Notes under the pieces: model-generated | What the model saw: the letters and a program-made list of their open reading frames with translations, nothing else | Database searches by the model: none | What the model was told of the DNA's origin: nothing | Translations under genes and position numbers: made by a program | Shown here: positions 51,653 to 64,000 of the stretch, one piece after another | Layout of the letters: every line of letters begins with the position of its first letter | Numbering within the stretch: the first letter of the stretch is position 1 | From: Octopus sinensis | Lineage: Eukaryota | DNA: 64,000 nucleotides | Direction of reading: 5' to 3' | NCBI RefSeq assembly: GCF_006345805.1 | Contig: NC_043016.1 | Coordinates: 22,196,001 to 22,260,000, forward strand

Positions 51653-52813
51653 GTATAAAACAGAAATTTCCTCTAGCCAAAAAGTGAGTCTTTGCATATG
51701 CAGTTCCTCAACCTGCTTGGTCATCATCATCATTCAATATGCATCTTCCATGCTGACACGGCTTGGATGGTTTGACTGGAGCTGTTAAACAAGAGGAGTG
51801 CATCAAATTCTACTACTTTGGTATGGTTTCTATGGCTGTATACCCTTTCTAATGCCAAACACTTTATAGCATGGAGTGGGTGCTTTTATGTGATACCAGT
51901 GCTGACAAGGTCTATTTTGGCATGAGGAAGAACACATCGGATAATGTAAGAAGTGAGAGAGATAGAATGCTTCTGAATGTAGTTGTACTCTACCAGGGTT
52001 AACTTGGGACTACACAATAGTTGCAGCAACAAGAGTATCACCAGAACCTAGGATTGTTTTTGTAGAGTTGACTCTGTTGTAAACATTCAGATCAAACCCC
52101 TATTATCTCCAAGTACCCATTTCATTGCAGGTGTTTAAGTTCATCATTGTCTTCATCCGCACCAATCTGGGAGTAGGGACCTATAAATGTTATTAGCCTC
52201 TGCCATTATTTCTTTATACTACCCTTTCTTTTGTGACTAACTTATTTTTTTAAATATCTCTTTCTTTTTTTTTATCTGTCTGGCTTCAGCTACCTTTTAT
52301 TTTAACAATTTTTCAAGCATGCTTTTCCTGCACGATATCATTTTATGTTCTTGTCTGATATAGCTTTAACATAATCTTCAGACAATCTTAGTGTGTCATG
52401 GTTGCCATTTTGCAAGTACATTTCATCTGGTATATTAAGGATAGTCGCTGAGATGTGGAAAATATCTAACGAAGTTGGATATTTTACTCATATAGTCAGA
52501 CTGGTAGTATAGGAAGTAGCAAAGTGTTGTAGTTTGGGTTTGTGCCAAAACAGGAACTACCAATACACTCTTCTATAAGAGAAGTTCTCAGCTAAGAACA
52601 AACCACTGCACCTAATATTCATGGAGCTAGAGAATGTTTTGACAGGTTTCCATGCCCTGTAATCTAGTGGTTGCTGAGAAAACTAGATAAAGATCAATAG
52701 CCGTCACCAAGGTGAGAATTAACAATGACCACTTATTCATCCAACCAAAGGACCATAGCTGATTATGAAAGCTACAATGAATAGAAGATTTGTGACTGTT
52801 TGTTACTGTAGTT

Positions 52814-53155
52814 CAGTGGCTCTTGACTGGGATCCATATGACCGTTGAGGGTCCCATATAAGATGGGGGGTGGGGTGCAAGCAGAATAGTAAATTTGGTA
52901 TCCATGATAGTATTTTAAGGGTCCATGAAAAATTTTTCCTTTAAATGTATTTATTGCAACAAACAGTTTGATTTCTTTCTCTAACATTTTAAATAGTTCA
53001 AACTTCCCAAATGAATATGTGATGAACAAAATAGGAATTTTGAAGGAAGTATCTATAAAACTAGTTTTTAATCATTGAATGGGCTATGGGAGTCCACCAG
53101 AATAAAATAGTACTGAAAGGGGTCCATAGGTAAAAAAAATAGTTGGAAACCACTG
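52814..53155. mobile_element. hAT-type MITE
   Basis: CAGTGG...CCACTG termini, 8-bp TSD CTGTAGTT/ATGTAGTT and repeated GGGTCCAT subterminal motifs. Confidence 0.8.
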
Positions 53156-54137
53156 ATGTAGTTAGGTGGTGATAATGTTTGCTCTCTGCGCACATGCTCA
53201 GAGATCTGAATTCAGTGGCAAGATGGCAGACCAAAACAGATGTTAAACTGTAATCTGTGACTGAACTATAATGATCTGTTTAACAACTAAGTGGACTATG
53301 GTCTGAGACTAAACTGAATTGATCAGACACTCATTACTGCAGACACTTGGTAAACTGGCTGATGAGCCCACAATGACCTTATACCTGCCACTAACAGGAC
53401 AGTTAAGTGAACTGATTGATGAGCCTATATTGATCTGTTACCTATTGATGACAGTTGGAAAGACTGAATGGTACGTATGCTGATATAGTACCTATTACTG
53501 ATGATAGGTGTGTACTGAGGTTATCTAGAAGAAAAGTTTTCTGTTCAGTAAGACAGGTGCAAATGAACAATTTGAACTTAAAACCTGTGTGCATGTTTTG
53601 CATTGCTTTATCCATTTAGCCTTCCGATCCTTCCATTGATCAAATCAATTTTTTTTATTCTTTCTAGATATAAATACAAAAAAAAAAGTGCTTTATTTTG
53701 CCTTAAATAACAAAAAAGAAAGTAAAAACAGAAGCATTGGAATATATTTTCTTGTTTTATATTTGTTTTGCAATGATTTAATTTTTGAAAATTAAAATTT
53801 ATTATAAACAAAGAATTTGATATTTTATTGCTTTTGTTTTCCCCTATTTTGTTTCTCTTGTGACTTAACTCCAGATTTATGATTAATGATGCCCAGCATT
53901 CACCATGCTGTCTTTTATTCAGATATAGTGTATCTACAACTACATTTTCATGTGTGTCCTTTTTTTAAAACAGTAAAGTTTCATTTAAGAAAGTTTAGAA
54001 TGTTATTTCTACATGATTGGACAAGTATGTAAAACCCTTGTTTTACATACTTGTTTTTTTTTTTATTGTAATTTAATTTTGATAATTAAATGTTTCAATA
54101 ACTTGTTCATTTATTGCATATCTATTTTCATTTGTAG

Positions 54138-54309
54138 ATACCGTTGCATTGCTCCTTATCCACCACAAGGAGAAATGGAACTAGAACTGAAAATTGGAGA
54201 TATTGTAATGGTGTACAAAAAGTGGGAGAATGGATGGTACAAAGGAGCACATCACCGAACAGGAAAAAATGGTCTTTTCCCTGGCAGTTTTGTAACCAAA
54301 TGTGATTAA
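54138..54309 (+). CDS. SH3RF1: POSH last coding exon (SH3 #4) and stop
   Basis: TGTAG acceptor, phase 2; [56 protein letters not shown] followed by TAA. Confidence 0.96.
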
Positions 54310-55258
54310 TTCCTCAATGAAACCACTTTCTTTCATTCACTCAATCTCTCAATCACATTTGTATACACATACAGACACACATAGATACACTCACACACCC
54401 ACACATTACACAGCATATTTATCTGTACACACTTACTATATAATCTTTCAGACACACAGGCACACAGAAACTTTCAAGTAATTTGTATATCTATATTTAT
54501 AAATGTTCTTTTGTGTGTGTGCGTGTATGCATGTGTGCGTGTGTGTGAATATGCATGTACGTTTGACACCGGATGCTATAAGATTGATTCACAGATTACT
54601 CTATATGATCACAAAAGTTTGTCTTTTTATTGCTCGTTTGTATATATGTATACACACAAGTAAAACTCGTGAAAGTGTGCAGTATAAACAGAAATTTAAT
54701 ATAATAAAGGTAAATTTTAAACACCACCACCTCCATCACATCTACATCCAAATATACAGATACTTTCTTAAAAAACAAAGTGGCATGTAGTTAATTTTCT
54801 TCTTTCATTGGGTTTTTTAAGCGATGGAATTTTTTTACTTGTGTTTGTGGTGTGTTTATGTTGATATTTGTGGGTTAACAGAAGAGAAAATTAAATTTTT
54901 CTCATCTAACAGAAAATAAATTTATCTCTCAAATGGATAAAATATGCTAATTATATTTATATATTTTTTTAAATGTTCATATTTGTATATTTGTTTTCAC
55001 ACATATACACACATGCAAATACATGCATATGTTCAGAACACAAACAGAATTCTTAAACAATAAACATAACTAGGTGTTTTTTATATAATCTAAGTAAGTG
55101 TTTGAAAAATTAAACATTTCATAGATGCATACCTATATACATATATACATACACACACACACACATATAAATGTACACAGATACACACACAAACACATCC
55201 CTACATATTTCAACACACACATTGTATAAATCTAACATTGTATGAATTGTAAAATAGA

Positions 55259-55264
55259 AATAAA
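55259..55264 (+). promoter_or_regulatory. Candidate polyadenylation signal of POSH
   Basis: AATAAA preceded by three TGTA motifs within about 40 nt. Other AATAAA hexamers lie at 54915 and 55059. Confidence 0.35.
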
Positions 55265-55333
55265 AAGCTAAAAGACAATATATATATATATATTATATAT
55301 ATATATATATATCACTACATACATGCACACACA

Positions 55334-55398
<65 letters not shown>

Positions 55399-55799
55399 GC
55401 ACACACACACACACACACATATTCTTTCTTGCATGATAAAGAGAGAGAAATCATTCTGCTTTTTTGAAAGCATCCAAATGTGGTTGTGAACTTTGTTTTT
55501 CTTCTTAGGTTTGCGCTTTACACCAGTTGTGTTTTTGTTTTGTTTTTTGATTTTCATGTGCATTGTCATCTTTTAATTTCTTAATAATTACTTGGATTTT
55601 TTTTTTTTCAATTATTTTCATATGAACATATATATATATATGTATGTATGTATACACAATATTTATAAATGATATATTTAATATTTGAATATAATATGTA
55701 TATTTGTGTGTGCGTGCATGCGCATGTGTGTTTGCACATGTGTATGTACATGTGTATATGTCTATGTAAATGTATGTGTATATATTTGTATAAGTATGT

Positions 55800-55814
55800 G
55801 TATATATGTATATG

Positions 55815-55866
<52 letters not shown>

Positions 55867-56000
55867 TATACAATATATATATATATATATACATATATAT
55901 TATATACATATATATATACATATATAATATATAATATATATACATATATATATATATACATATATATATATACATATATATATATTATATATTACATATA

Positions 56001-56098
<98 letters not shown>

Positions 56099-56134
56099 TA
56101 TATATACATATATATATATATATATATTATATAC

Positions 56135-56166
<32 letters not shown>

Positions 56167-56185
56167 ATATACTATATATATATAC

Positions 56186-56217
<32 letters not shown>

Positions 56218-56287
56218 TATATACATATATATATACATATACATATATATATATACATATATATAATATATATATATACATATATAC

Positions 56288-56346
<59 letters not shown>
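55800..56346. repeat. Very long interrupted (TA)n microsatellite
   Basis: About 550 nt of TA with scattered C/G. Many shorter TA/CA/CT/CAT tracts occur through the window (e.g. 1-90, 660-950, 55337-55420, 58865-59240). Confidence 0.97.
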
Positions 56347-56348
<2 letters not shown>

Positions 56349-56393
56349 AAAAAAGAGATGACAAAGGAATAAATGATTCTTATGAACTTCATT

Positions 56394-56474
56394 AGCTTAC
56401 AGCTGTTTCAGCTATAAGATGCAGTGGACTCATAGTTGAGTGCCTGAGTAACACCTCACAGCTTCATCAGACCC
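56394..56474 (-). ncRNA. Hammerhead motif (D)
   Basis: Minus strand reads GGGT-CTGATGA-AGCTGTGAGGTGT...GCATCTTATAGCT-GAAAC-AGCT-GTA-AGCT. Stem II is 13 bp with GU pairs; stem I is imperfect. Confidence 0.72.
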
Positions 56475-56516
56475 TCAAACATGTGTGTGTATACATACAC
56501 ACACACACACACATTC

Positions 56517-56550
<34 letters not shown>

Positions 56551-56931
56551 GCACACACACAATTTTGTATTTCTTTTTGTTTTGCAAGATTCTTGATGTG
56601 AAATCATGTGCTGAAACAGATATTGTTATATTGGGATGAGATGATCATTTTTACCAAAAAAACACATGCACTATTTGGCCTTCAATTTAGTTTTATTATC
56701 ATTAGTTATTGTATATTTTGTCAAAGTTTTTTCATGACGCATTCTGTGACTATTTGTTCTTCTTCTCTGTTTCTCCTTTCTGACCTTATTTGCTTTATAT
56801 ATGTACATATACCACAGAAAGGCAAGATGGAGTAAATAGAATAAGGCCAGAAAGAAGAGGATACACAGAAGAACAACAAATAGTCTTGAAATAGTCACAA
56901 TGTATAACAAAAGAACTATGACGAAATATAT

Positions 56932-57265
56932 AGGCTGTGTGATTAGAAGCTTGCTTCCCAACCGCATGGCTCCAGGTTCAGTCCTACTGTGTGTCACCTT
57001 GGGCAAGTGTCTTCTATTATAGCCTCAAGTTGACCAAAGCCTTGTAAACTGAAAGAAGCCCATCATGTGTGTGTGTGTATGTCCTCCAGTACTGCTTGAC
57101 AACCGGTGTTGGTGTGTTTACATCCCTGTAACTTGAGCAAAAGACCAATAGAATAAGTGCCAGGCTTAAAAAAATATGTACTGGGGTTGATTAATTTGAC
57201 TGAAAATTTTTCAAAGCAGTGCCCTAGAATGGCCACAATCTAATGACTAATACATGTAAAAGATA
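56932..57265 (+). mobile_element. Family A SINE
   Basis: GGCTGTGTGATTAG...GGTTCAGTCC..CACCTTGGGCAAGTGTCTTC, and a tail matching the other copies. Confidence 0.83.
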
Positions 57266-58466
57266 CAGCTAATAATAATAAAACTGAAATGGAAGCCAAC
57301 TAATGCATATGTTTTTTGACAAAATGTCCCCCAAATATAGCATTATTATGTGTGTGTGTATGTGTATAGTTACAACATCACTATATAGATGTGTATGAGT
57401 GTGTGTGCGTGTGTATGTATAGAGATAGAGGTTGAACCTTACCTATCCAGCAAGCTTAGTATCAGACAGGTGTCAGGATAACAGATTTTCCAAACTAGTG
57501 AAACTAGAGATAAAATAGCAGTATAAGGGCAAATACTTCTATAGTACTAATACTGACAGAACTTCTTAAAGCATAAACTTAGTTCAGACTTAATGAACTT
57601 TTATAATAAAGTTTACTGCTCTGTGATACAAAAGAAAGTATAGTTAGTTGGAAAAAAAAACTAAGGAAAATATGCCTATTGTTACCTGTAAAACATGTAA
57701 ATTGATGACAGATTAATCAGTTATTTACCTTAACTCCCATAATGTGTATGTATATGCTTCTGTACATGATTTAAATTGATGTTGAGTAATATCTTTTATA
57801 TCTGCATCTCGTTTATCGTGTGGGATATCTGGATCATCATCTGTGATGTCTGAAACTGAAGAGGTGCTGGGAAGAGGATTGTGGATACTGCTAACAGTGT
57901 TGCTGGGTATTTTGTTGGTTATTTTCCAAAACATGTCTTGTTAAAAATGTTTGTTGCTTCATACATTTAGGCTCTGGCAATAAATTTTCACTGGCCAGTA
58001 AATTTTCTAACAGTGTTTACTAAAGCAGTAGTTTCATCTGCACTTTTTTTATTCATCTCACATAGACACACACACACACACACACACAATGTTGACTGAT
58101 ACTGTGCATTAACTTAAACCGGTGAAGCTAGCCATTTTGAATATCAAAAGTGCTCTTCAGTATTTATTTGCTTGTGAAATATTTTAGCCTGGTCGCTGAC
58201 CATTTTCTCCCGAAATACTCCCACCATTGTCAAGAAAGTGTTGCTATCACTAAACAAGAGCCCTTTCCACTTGTTTTTACTTACAGTCTATTAATGTTTT
58301 GGATAACTTTTGTTTTAATGCCAGAAAAATGGTTTCATTATTTTCTGCTGTTGTTTCTTAATATCACATAAACTCTCACTGAATCTACACCTTTTGTCAC
58401 CTGCTTATGTTTTTCTACATTACAACCACCTTCACTGCTAACTGTTCACTTAGGAGGCATATTTAA

Positions 58467-58684
58467 CCCTTTTGATACCAACCTGCCTGAGACTGTCTCA
58501 GGTTCTATGACAAACCTACTGTTTTAAAGTCATCTAAATTATAATCTTCCATCAAAATTTTATGCTAATTTTTTCAAGACCCCAGCTTAATAATGAGGAA
58601 GTTATTTTATTAAATTCTTCACTATTTTAAGAATTAATCGAAACAATGGTAGCATATGTTGACAGAAATAGAGTAACAAAAGGG
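58467..58684. mobile_element. piggyBac-type MITE
   Basis: TTAA|CCCTTTTGATAC ... GTAACAAAAGGG|TTAA. Confidence 0.85.
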
Positions 58685-59203
58685 TTAAGGATAAAATATC
58701 AGTACTGATTGGTAATATTTCTATCTCTATAGCAGCATAAACTACAGTAACTTACTTGTGGCAGAGATTAAACAAGATTGGAAGCTACAATTGGCCAACT
58801 GGCCACCATGTAAACTAGTGACTGCCCGACTAATAAATCCTGGATTAGTGAGATTCAACCAATATGTGTGTGTGTACATATATAAATGTATGTAATATGT
58901 TAATATTTGTGTGTGTGTGTGTGTGCAATATGTTAATATTTGTGTGTGTGTGTGTGTATGTGCATATATATTTGCATGAATGCATTTGTATATGTATATA
59001 TACATACATTTATATATATATGTATACGTGTGTATGTGTGTGTATATATATTATATACATATATATACACACTTTTAGATATGTATGTATATATATATTA
59101 TATCTAAAAGTGTGTGTATATATGTATATATATATATACACATACACACGTATGTATATATGTGTGTATATAATATATATACACACACTTTTAGATATGT
59201 ATG

Positions 59204-59245
<42 letters not shown>

Positions 59246-60229
59246 CACACTCTTAACCTTCTGATTGGTCTGTACCCACTTAAGCAGTTAAATCTAATAC
59301 TCACTTTTCATATTTAAAATATGCTCTCTCTTTCTCTCTCCTCCCTCCCTTTCTCTCTCATTCCCTCTCTCTTTCTCTCTCCCCCTCTCTCTTACAAACA
59401 AACTCAATAACTAATGTCAAACTGTTTGAGATAGAAAAAAGACAGGTGATAATGATTATTTGAAGTAATTTCATTATATTTCTTCAAGAAATTTGTCCCT
59501 TGAAATGCGGTAATCCTCATTAAAATGTTTAGATTTGCTAAAGAATAGCAATGAATGAAATATTATTAGCAAAATCTATTAGTTCCTTTCTATTTGATTT
59601 ATTTACTTTAAGAACCAAATAGAAAGATATTATTTTATTACCATAAATAAATTATATGAACAGTTAATATTATTTATCAATATAATTTGGATTCTGCCAG
59701 AATATTGGCAACTTGTTGGAAAGAATGTGAAGTTACTTAATTTGGATATGTTTTGTATGTCGCAGGCAGGCTGAGAATCTTAATGTTTCAGTTTTAGCTA
59801 TTTGTCTATGAGCTCTTCCCCACAGCTTATGAAGTTCACTGAATACTTTTTGCCAACACAAACCACAAATGGTTTCCTCAAAACACTTTATTATTATTAT
59901 TATTTTATTATATCTTACTTTTTTATGTAGTTTATTTAGTTTTTATTTACAGCATATTTTTATTCTGAATCGAAATCACATTGAGGTCAACTTTGCTGTG
60001 GCACATTCCTGGTGTCAGTGAATATAAGTACCGATACAAGTTTTTTAATAAAACAGTTTTCAAAAATATGATCCTGTGTGTAATTGAAAGAAATCTGTAT
60101 ATTTGTGTTTCTGTTTGTGTGTAAATGGTGTGTAATGTTAACAGTCAATAATGCACTTTCATTTTTTCCCCTCAGACACATGGGTTTTATACACATATAT
60201 GTGTAAAATACATCTATATCCAAGCATAG

Positions 60230-60830
60230 GTACAAAGTTCATTCCAGAAGTTTGGGAACTTTTTCGAGAGCATGTTATTGATTTCAAAGTAGTACAAAAT
60301 TCTAATGTCCTTCAAAGTAGGATCCCCTGACTTCAATACACTTGTAGCACTCCAGCCACTTCATAAAGGTGTAAAGGACCTTGTCACAGCTTCCTTGAGG
60401 AGCAAGGATGCTTCCACTGGGCACTCTGGATCATAACTGTAGATCCAACTTTCATCACAGTTTACCAGAGACTCAAGTACTCATGGAGTGGAGGTAATAA
60501 ACTGAAACACCTCCCTGCTGTCATCAACACATCTTTCCTTCTGTAGCACAAAATTTGCACATGTTCATATCTTCTTGAATAATTCTATGTACAGTTGCCA
60601 CACCAACTCCAAACTGTATGCCTATTGTCTATAAAGACACACAACAATCGTCATCCAGGAAATTGTAAATTTTCTCAACTGGCTCTGATGTTCTGATATC
60701 CATTTTCCTCATCATCTCTCATTTCCTCTTTACTGTCCTTGAACTGCTAGCACCAGTGGAAAATAGATGGAACATTTCATAAGTTTCTATAGTGTTTTCG
60801 CCCAGTTTAACAAAAATTTATTGCATAGCA
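60230..60830 (-). mobile_element. Decayed mariner-like fragment
   Basis: Minus strand xDESWIYSYDP at 60427-60460 (cf. TGDESWxYxYDP). Boundaries uncertain. Confidence 0.6.
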
Positions 60831-61859
60831 AGTTACCAAATTGCCTTTACATCCCAACTGTATTCTGCAAAACTAGTCAGCTGTGACAAGCAGTGTTTAA
60901 TAGGGTATTTCAAAGTGCTGTTGCAGCTGTCTCCTTCAATCAAGAATAATAATAATAATAAAAAAGTTGGCAGGTTTAACTTATTAGATGTATGATAATG
61001 ATATTACAATAATCTCAGACTGTTATAACTACCTCTCCCAAAAAATGTCTCAGACCTTGCACCTTATATGTGTGATTTCAAATGAAAGAGGCAAAAGCTT
61101 AGAAATGCAATATTATTAAACCTACATAACCCATGTGACTGAGAGGGAAAGACTAGGAATTGAAGAAGATGTTAGGCTTCTAGAGTTCTGTGATGCAATG
61201 ATCTAACAATTTGCAACATCTGCTTTAAGAAACCATCCAACTACCTCATCACCTACCATTCTGGTGAATACACATGTCAGGGAACAGCAGGGCTATTATA
61301 AGTATCATAAACTTTCCAGGCAGAGAATGTACCACACAACATAGATTAATGGTTAGTGACTCCAGAGTCAGAAATAGACAGATACAGAATTGGAAGATGG
61401 GGAAACTATAAGATCCTGCGGTTGGGATGCATATGGCTGTAAGAAAGATTTAGATACCTCTTACATAGATGACAAGTATAAATTTCTATGAAATAACATT
61501 AGGACTACAAGCCCTATACCTAGTTTCCTCAGTGCCCATCAAATTACTGAATGTATTACTCTTGTCAAATGCTTTCTCCAAATCAAAAAAAGAAAAGCCA
61601 GGAATAGCAGTTTATTCTTAGTAGTAAATGCAGCAAGACAGGAAACTAAAAGACCAACACTATACAATTTTGAAAAGTCCTTATGGAAAGTGACTATTGA
61701 AACTCTTTCACCAAATGCTAGGACATCACTAAACCAACTAACATAAAAAATTAATGTGCTTTTCAAAAACTTCCACATTTTATTGGAAAAAAACAACTAA
61801 AATCTGCTAGGTAACATTCTGGACTTATCCTGAAGAAGGTCCTAACAAAAAGTGGGCTA

Positions 61860-62310
61860 TCACCTAACAATGTTATATGTAGATTACCAATTTCCCAATG
61901 AGCAATGAAAATAGATGTCAGTGTATAAATTATATGGTGTATAAATCATATGTAGCAAATATAAGTTTACATCAGACAAGTACATATCTGGGTTAAAGAA
62001 CACCTCTATGCTAATGGTTTTCTCATCAAGAAGCATGGAAATGCCTCATGCAATACACCCAGGTTTCCATTGAAGCCAGAATGAAACCTTGGGAACCTGA
62101 GAATAAAAGAAGCCATCATAATTAGCAAGACCAATTTGCATATTAACAGCAGAACTGAGCTGCATATGATTGGCTGCTATAGCAACACTTATTCTGCTCA
62201 TGAAAAGCAACCATTCATATACAAACGGGGAAGTCAGGTCACAACACCATATCTTTGAAAATTTCCTGAAGGGTTTCTAACCTTGCAATATTGAAATACA
62301 TGGAGAAGTA
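61860..62310 (+). mobile_element. Possible old Penelope-like 3' fragment
   Basis: VYK...VYIRQ (GIY-YIG-like, frameshifted) and EAIII...INSRTEL, then a decayed hammerhead-like TTC-CTGAAGG...GAAATACATGGAGAA. Confidence 0.4.
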
Positions 62311-62789
62311 CAAACCTTTGACTTGTATTATTTCTTTGGAGTCACATTGTTTTGGCTTTAAAAGAAATTAAAGATGTATGTATACACATCTATGCATGTA
62401 TGTATGTATATATGTGTGTGTGTATATATATATATTATAATCAAATAAAACAAGGAGAGACAAGAAGAGTTTTAATACTTTAATAGATGCAGTTGTTTCA
62501 TAAGCCACTCAGAATTACATCATAAAGTTCAATATATATAAATTACAGACAATACATAAATCTGCATATAGTCACATGATGTACAGAAGAGAGAAAAGAC
62601 TACACCTTCAAACCACTTTAGGAAGGATGCCTGAAAGACTCTTGAAGGCATCCTTCCTAAAGCGGTTTGAAGATGTAGTCTTTTCTCTCTTCTGGACATC
62701 ATCATGTGTCTGTGTGTATATATATATATATATATCACACTTTTATGTGTGTAATTCTGAGTGGATTATGAAATAGCTGTAACCTCTAT

Positions 62790-64000
62790 AAAAACTTTTC
62801 TTGGGGAGGCAGACTGACAAGCTTGAGAATTTTCCAGAGAGATGCATGGTCAACTGTATCAAAAGCTGCCTTGAGGTCGACAAAGGTGGTGTAGAGGTGG
62901 CGATCTTTGTGGAACTCCTGGGATCTTTCGATAACAAGATAAAGGACAAGGATCATAAACCACACTTTCCCTCTAACCCCAAGTACAGGCTGATAAACCT
63001 CCAAAGCCTGAGATAGGACAGGAAGATCAGTAACAGCATTAGAAATCCCTTGCCCGATGACATAACACCAATGAGGTGTTACCCTTCCACTATTGGTTTA
63101 AAACCAATAGTGGAAAGAGTAGAGCTAAGTTCATCCAATTTAATAGAATGGATTTCTACCCATCTGTATCAAGGGAGCTCCTCTATAAGGCACTGGACTT
63201 TGCTAGGGCCTACACAGAAGAACCTTACTCTTCAGTGAGGGGTCGGCCTGGGCCAAATGAACTGACCCAGAAGGCTCCTTCAATGTGGCAATGAGTGCCT
63301 TAAATAGTGCTGATGTGTGTGACCTCATCAATCTCTTCATCCTAGATGTACTCATAAAGAAATTCTCTTCAAGTAGCTTTGGCCTCTACAAAGATGACAC
63401 ACTGGCAATATCAAGAGCAGCAAACTGTCACACACTAGATAGGCTTAGAAAGGACCTCACTAACACCATAAACTCCCTTTGACTGAAGGTCACTATAGAA
63501 ACCAACCTAAGGCCACTAGATTTCTTGATGTGACCCTAGGTTTGAAGTCTGGTACCTATAGACCCTTTAGGAAGCCAAACAAGAAGTTACCATACATCAA
63601 CACAGGTTTCTGTCATCCAGCCAAAGTTTTCAAGAACCAGGTAAAGAGCATCAGCAGAAGAATTTCCAACCTATCGTCAAACAAAGATACTTTTGATGCT
63701 GTCACCTTGTACTACAATGAGGCTCTGGCTGCCAACATTTTAAAGGATAAGATTAGTTACATGCCAGAATCTAACTTCTCCAAGAGAAAGCAACACCATA
63801 AAGCATTGTGGTTCACACTGCTCTTCTCTTGAAATGTTATAACCCAAGTAGGTAAGATTCTTTTTAGCTTAGTTAATAAGCACTATCCCCATACAAATAG
63901 ATTCAACAAAATATTCAATAGGTGTACCCTAAGAATTTCCTTTAGTTGTGCACCTAATATAAAAAGATTTAAGTAAGTAGACCCTCAGCTGAGACAGAGT
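62790..64000 (+). mobile_element. Penelope-like element RT, degenerate
   Basis: KFIQF..DFYPSVSRELLYKALDFA, MSALNSADVCDLINLFIL, GLYKDDTLAI, FLDVTL...YRPFRKPN and SISRRISNLSS. Confidence 0.9.

Noticed and set aside
52131-52172. Possible extra symmetric exon (CLSSSLSSSAPIW) between exon 11 and the last exon
   Set aside because: It is phase-compatible but has a weak donor (GA|GTAGGG) and no recognisable homology, and exon 11 already joins the last exon in frame.
53240-53500. Degenerate tandem units of about 60 nt containing CTGATGAG
   Set aside because: No suitably placed GAAA or stems, so not a hammerhead; probably an old minisatellite or TE remnant.
54310-55260. Pumilio-like TGTAHATA motifs in the putative 3'UTR
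   Set aside because: Expected by chance in TA/TG microsatellite-rich sequence.
55505-56392. Long YI/IY-rich ORFs (also 157-1075 and 58742-59256)
   Set aside because: These are translations of (TA)n/(CA)n microsatellites, not proteins.

Overview
AT-rich, microsatellite-dense eukaryotic DNA. The repeat landscape suggests a coleoid cephalopod, probably Octopus (inference). The window holds one complete + strand gene, a POSH/SH3RF1-type E3 ubiquitin ligase (RING + 4 SH3). I assembled it by hand from 12 GT-AG coding exons (6963-54309, about 847 aa once three small indels are corrected). The introns and 3' flank contain at least four SINE-like families, RTE, R4/Dong and HERO-like LINE fragments, an internally deleted Gypsy LTR element, a decayed mariner, piggyBac- and hAT-type MITEs and Penelope-like fragments. 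The most notable signal is a set of minimal type I hammerhead ribozyme motifs (CUGANGA...GAAAC-palindromic stem III-GUA). There are six near-complete copies in four unrelated sequence families, plus remnants. They sit next to (TA)n tracts, and two families occur as inverted pairs. The best-preserved copies are antisense to the gene. All structures were read by eye and no database searches were run. TE boundaries are approximate unless TSDs or TIRs are quoted.
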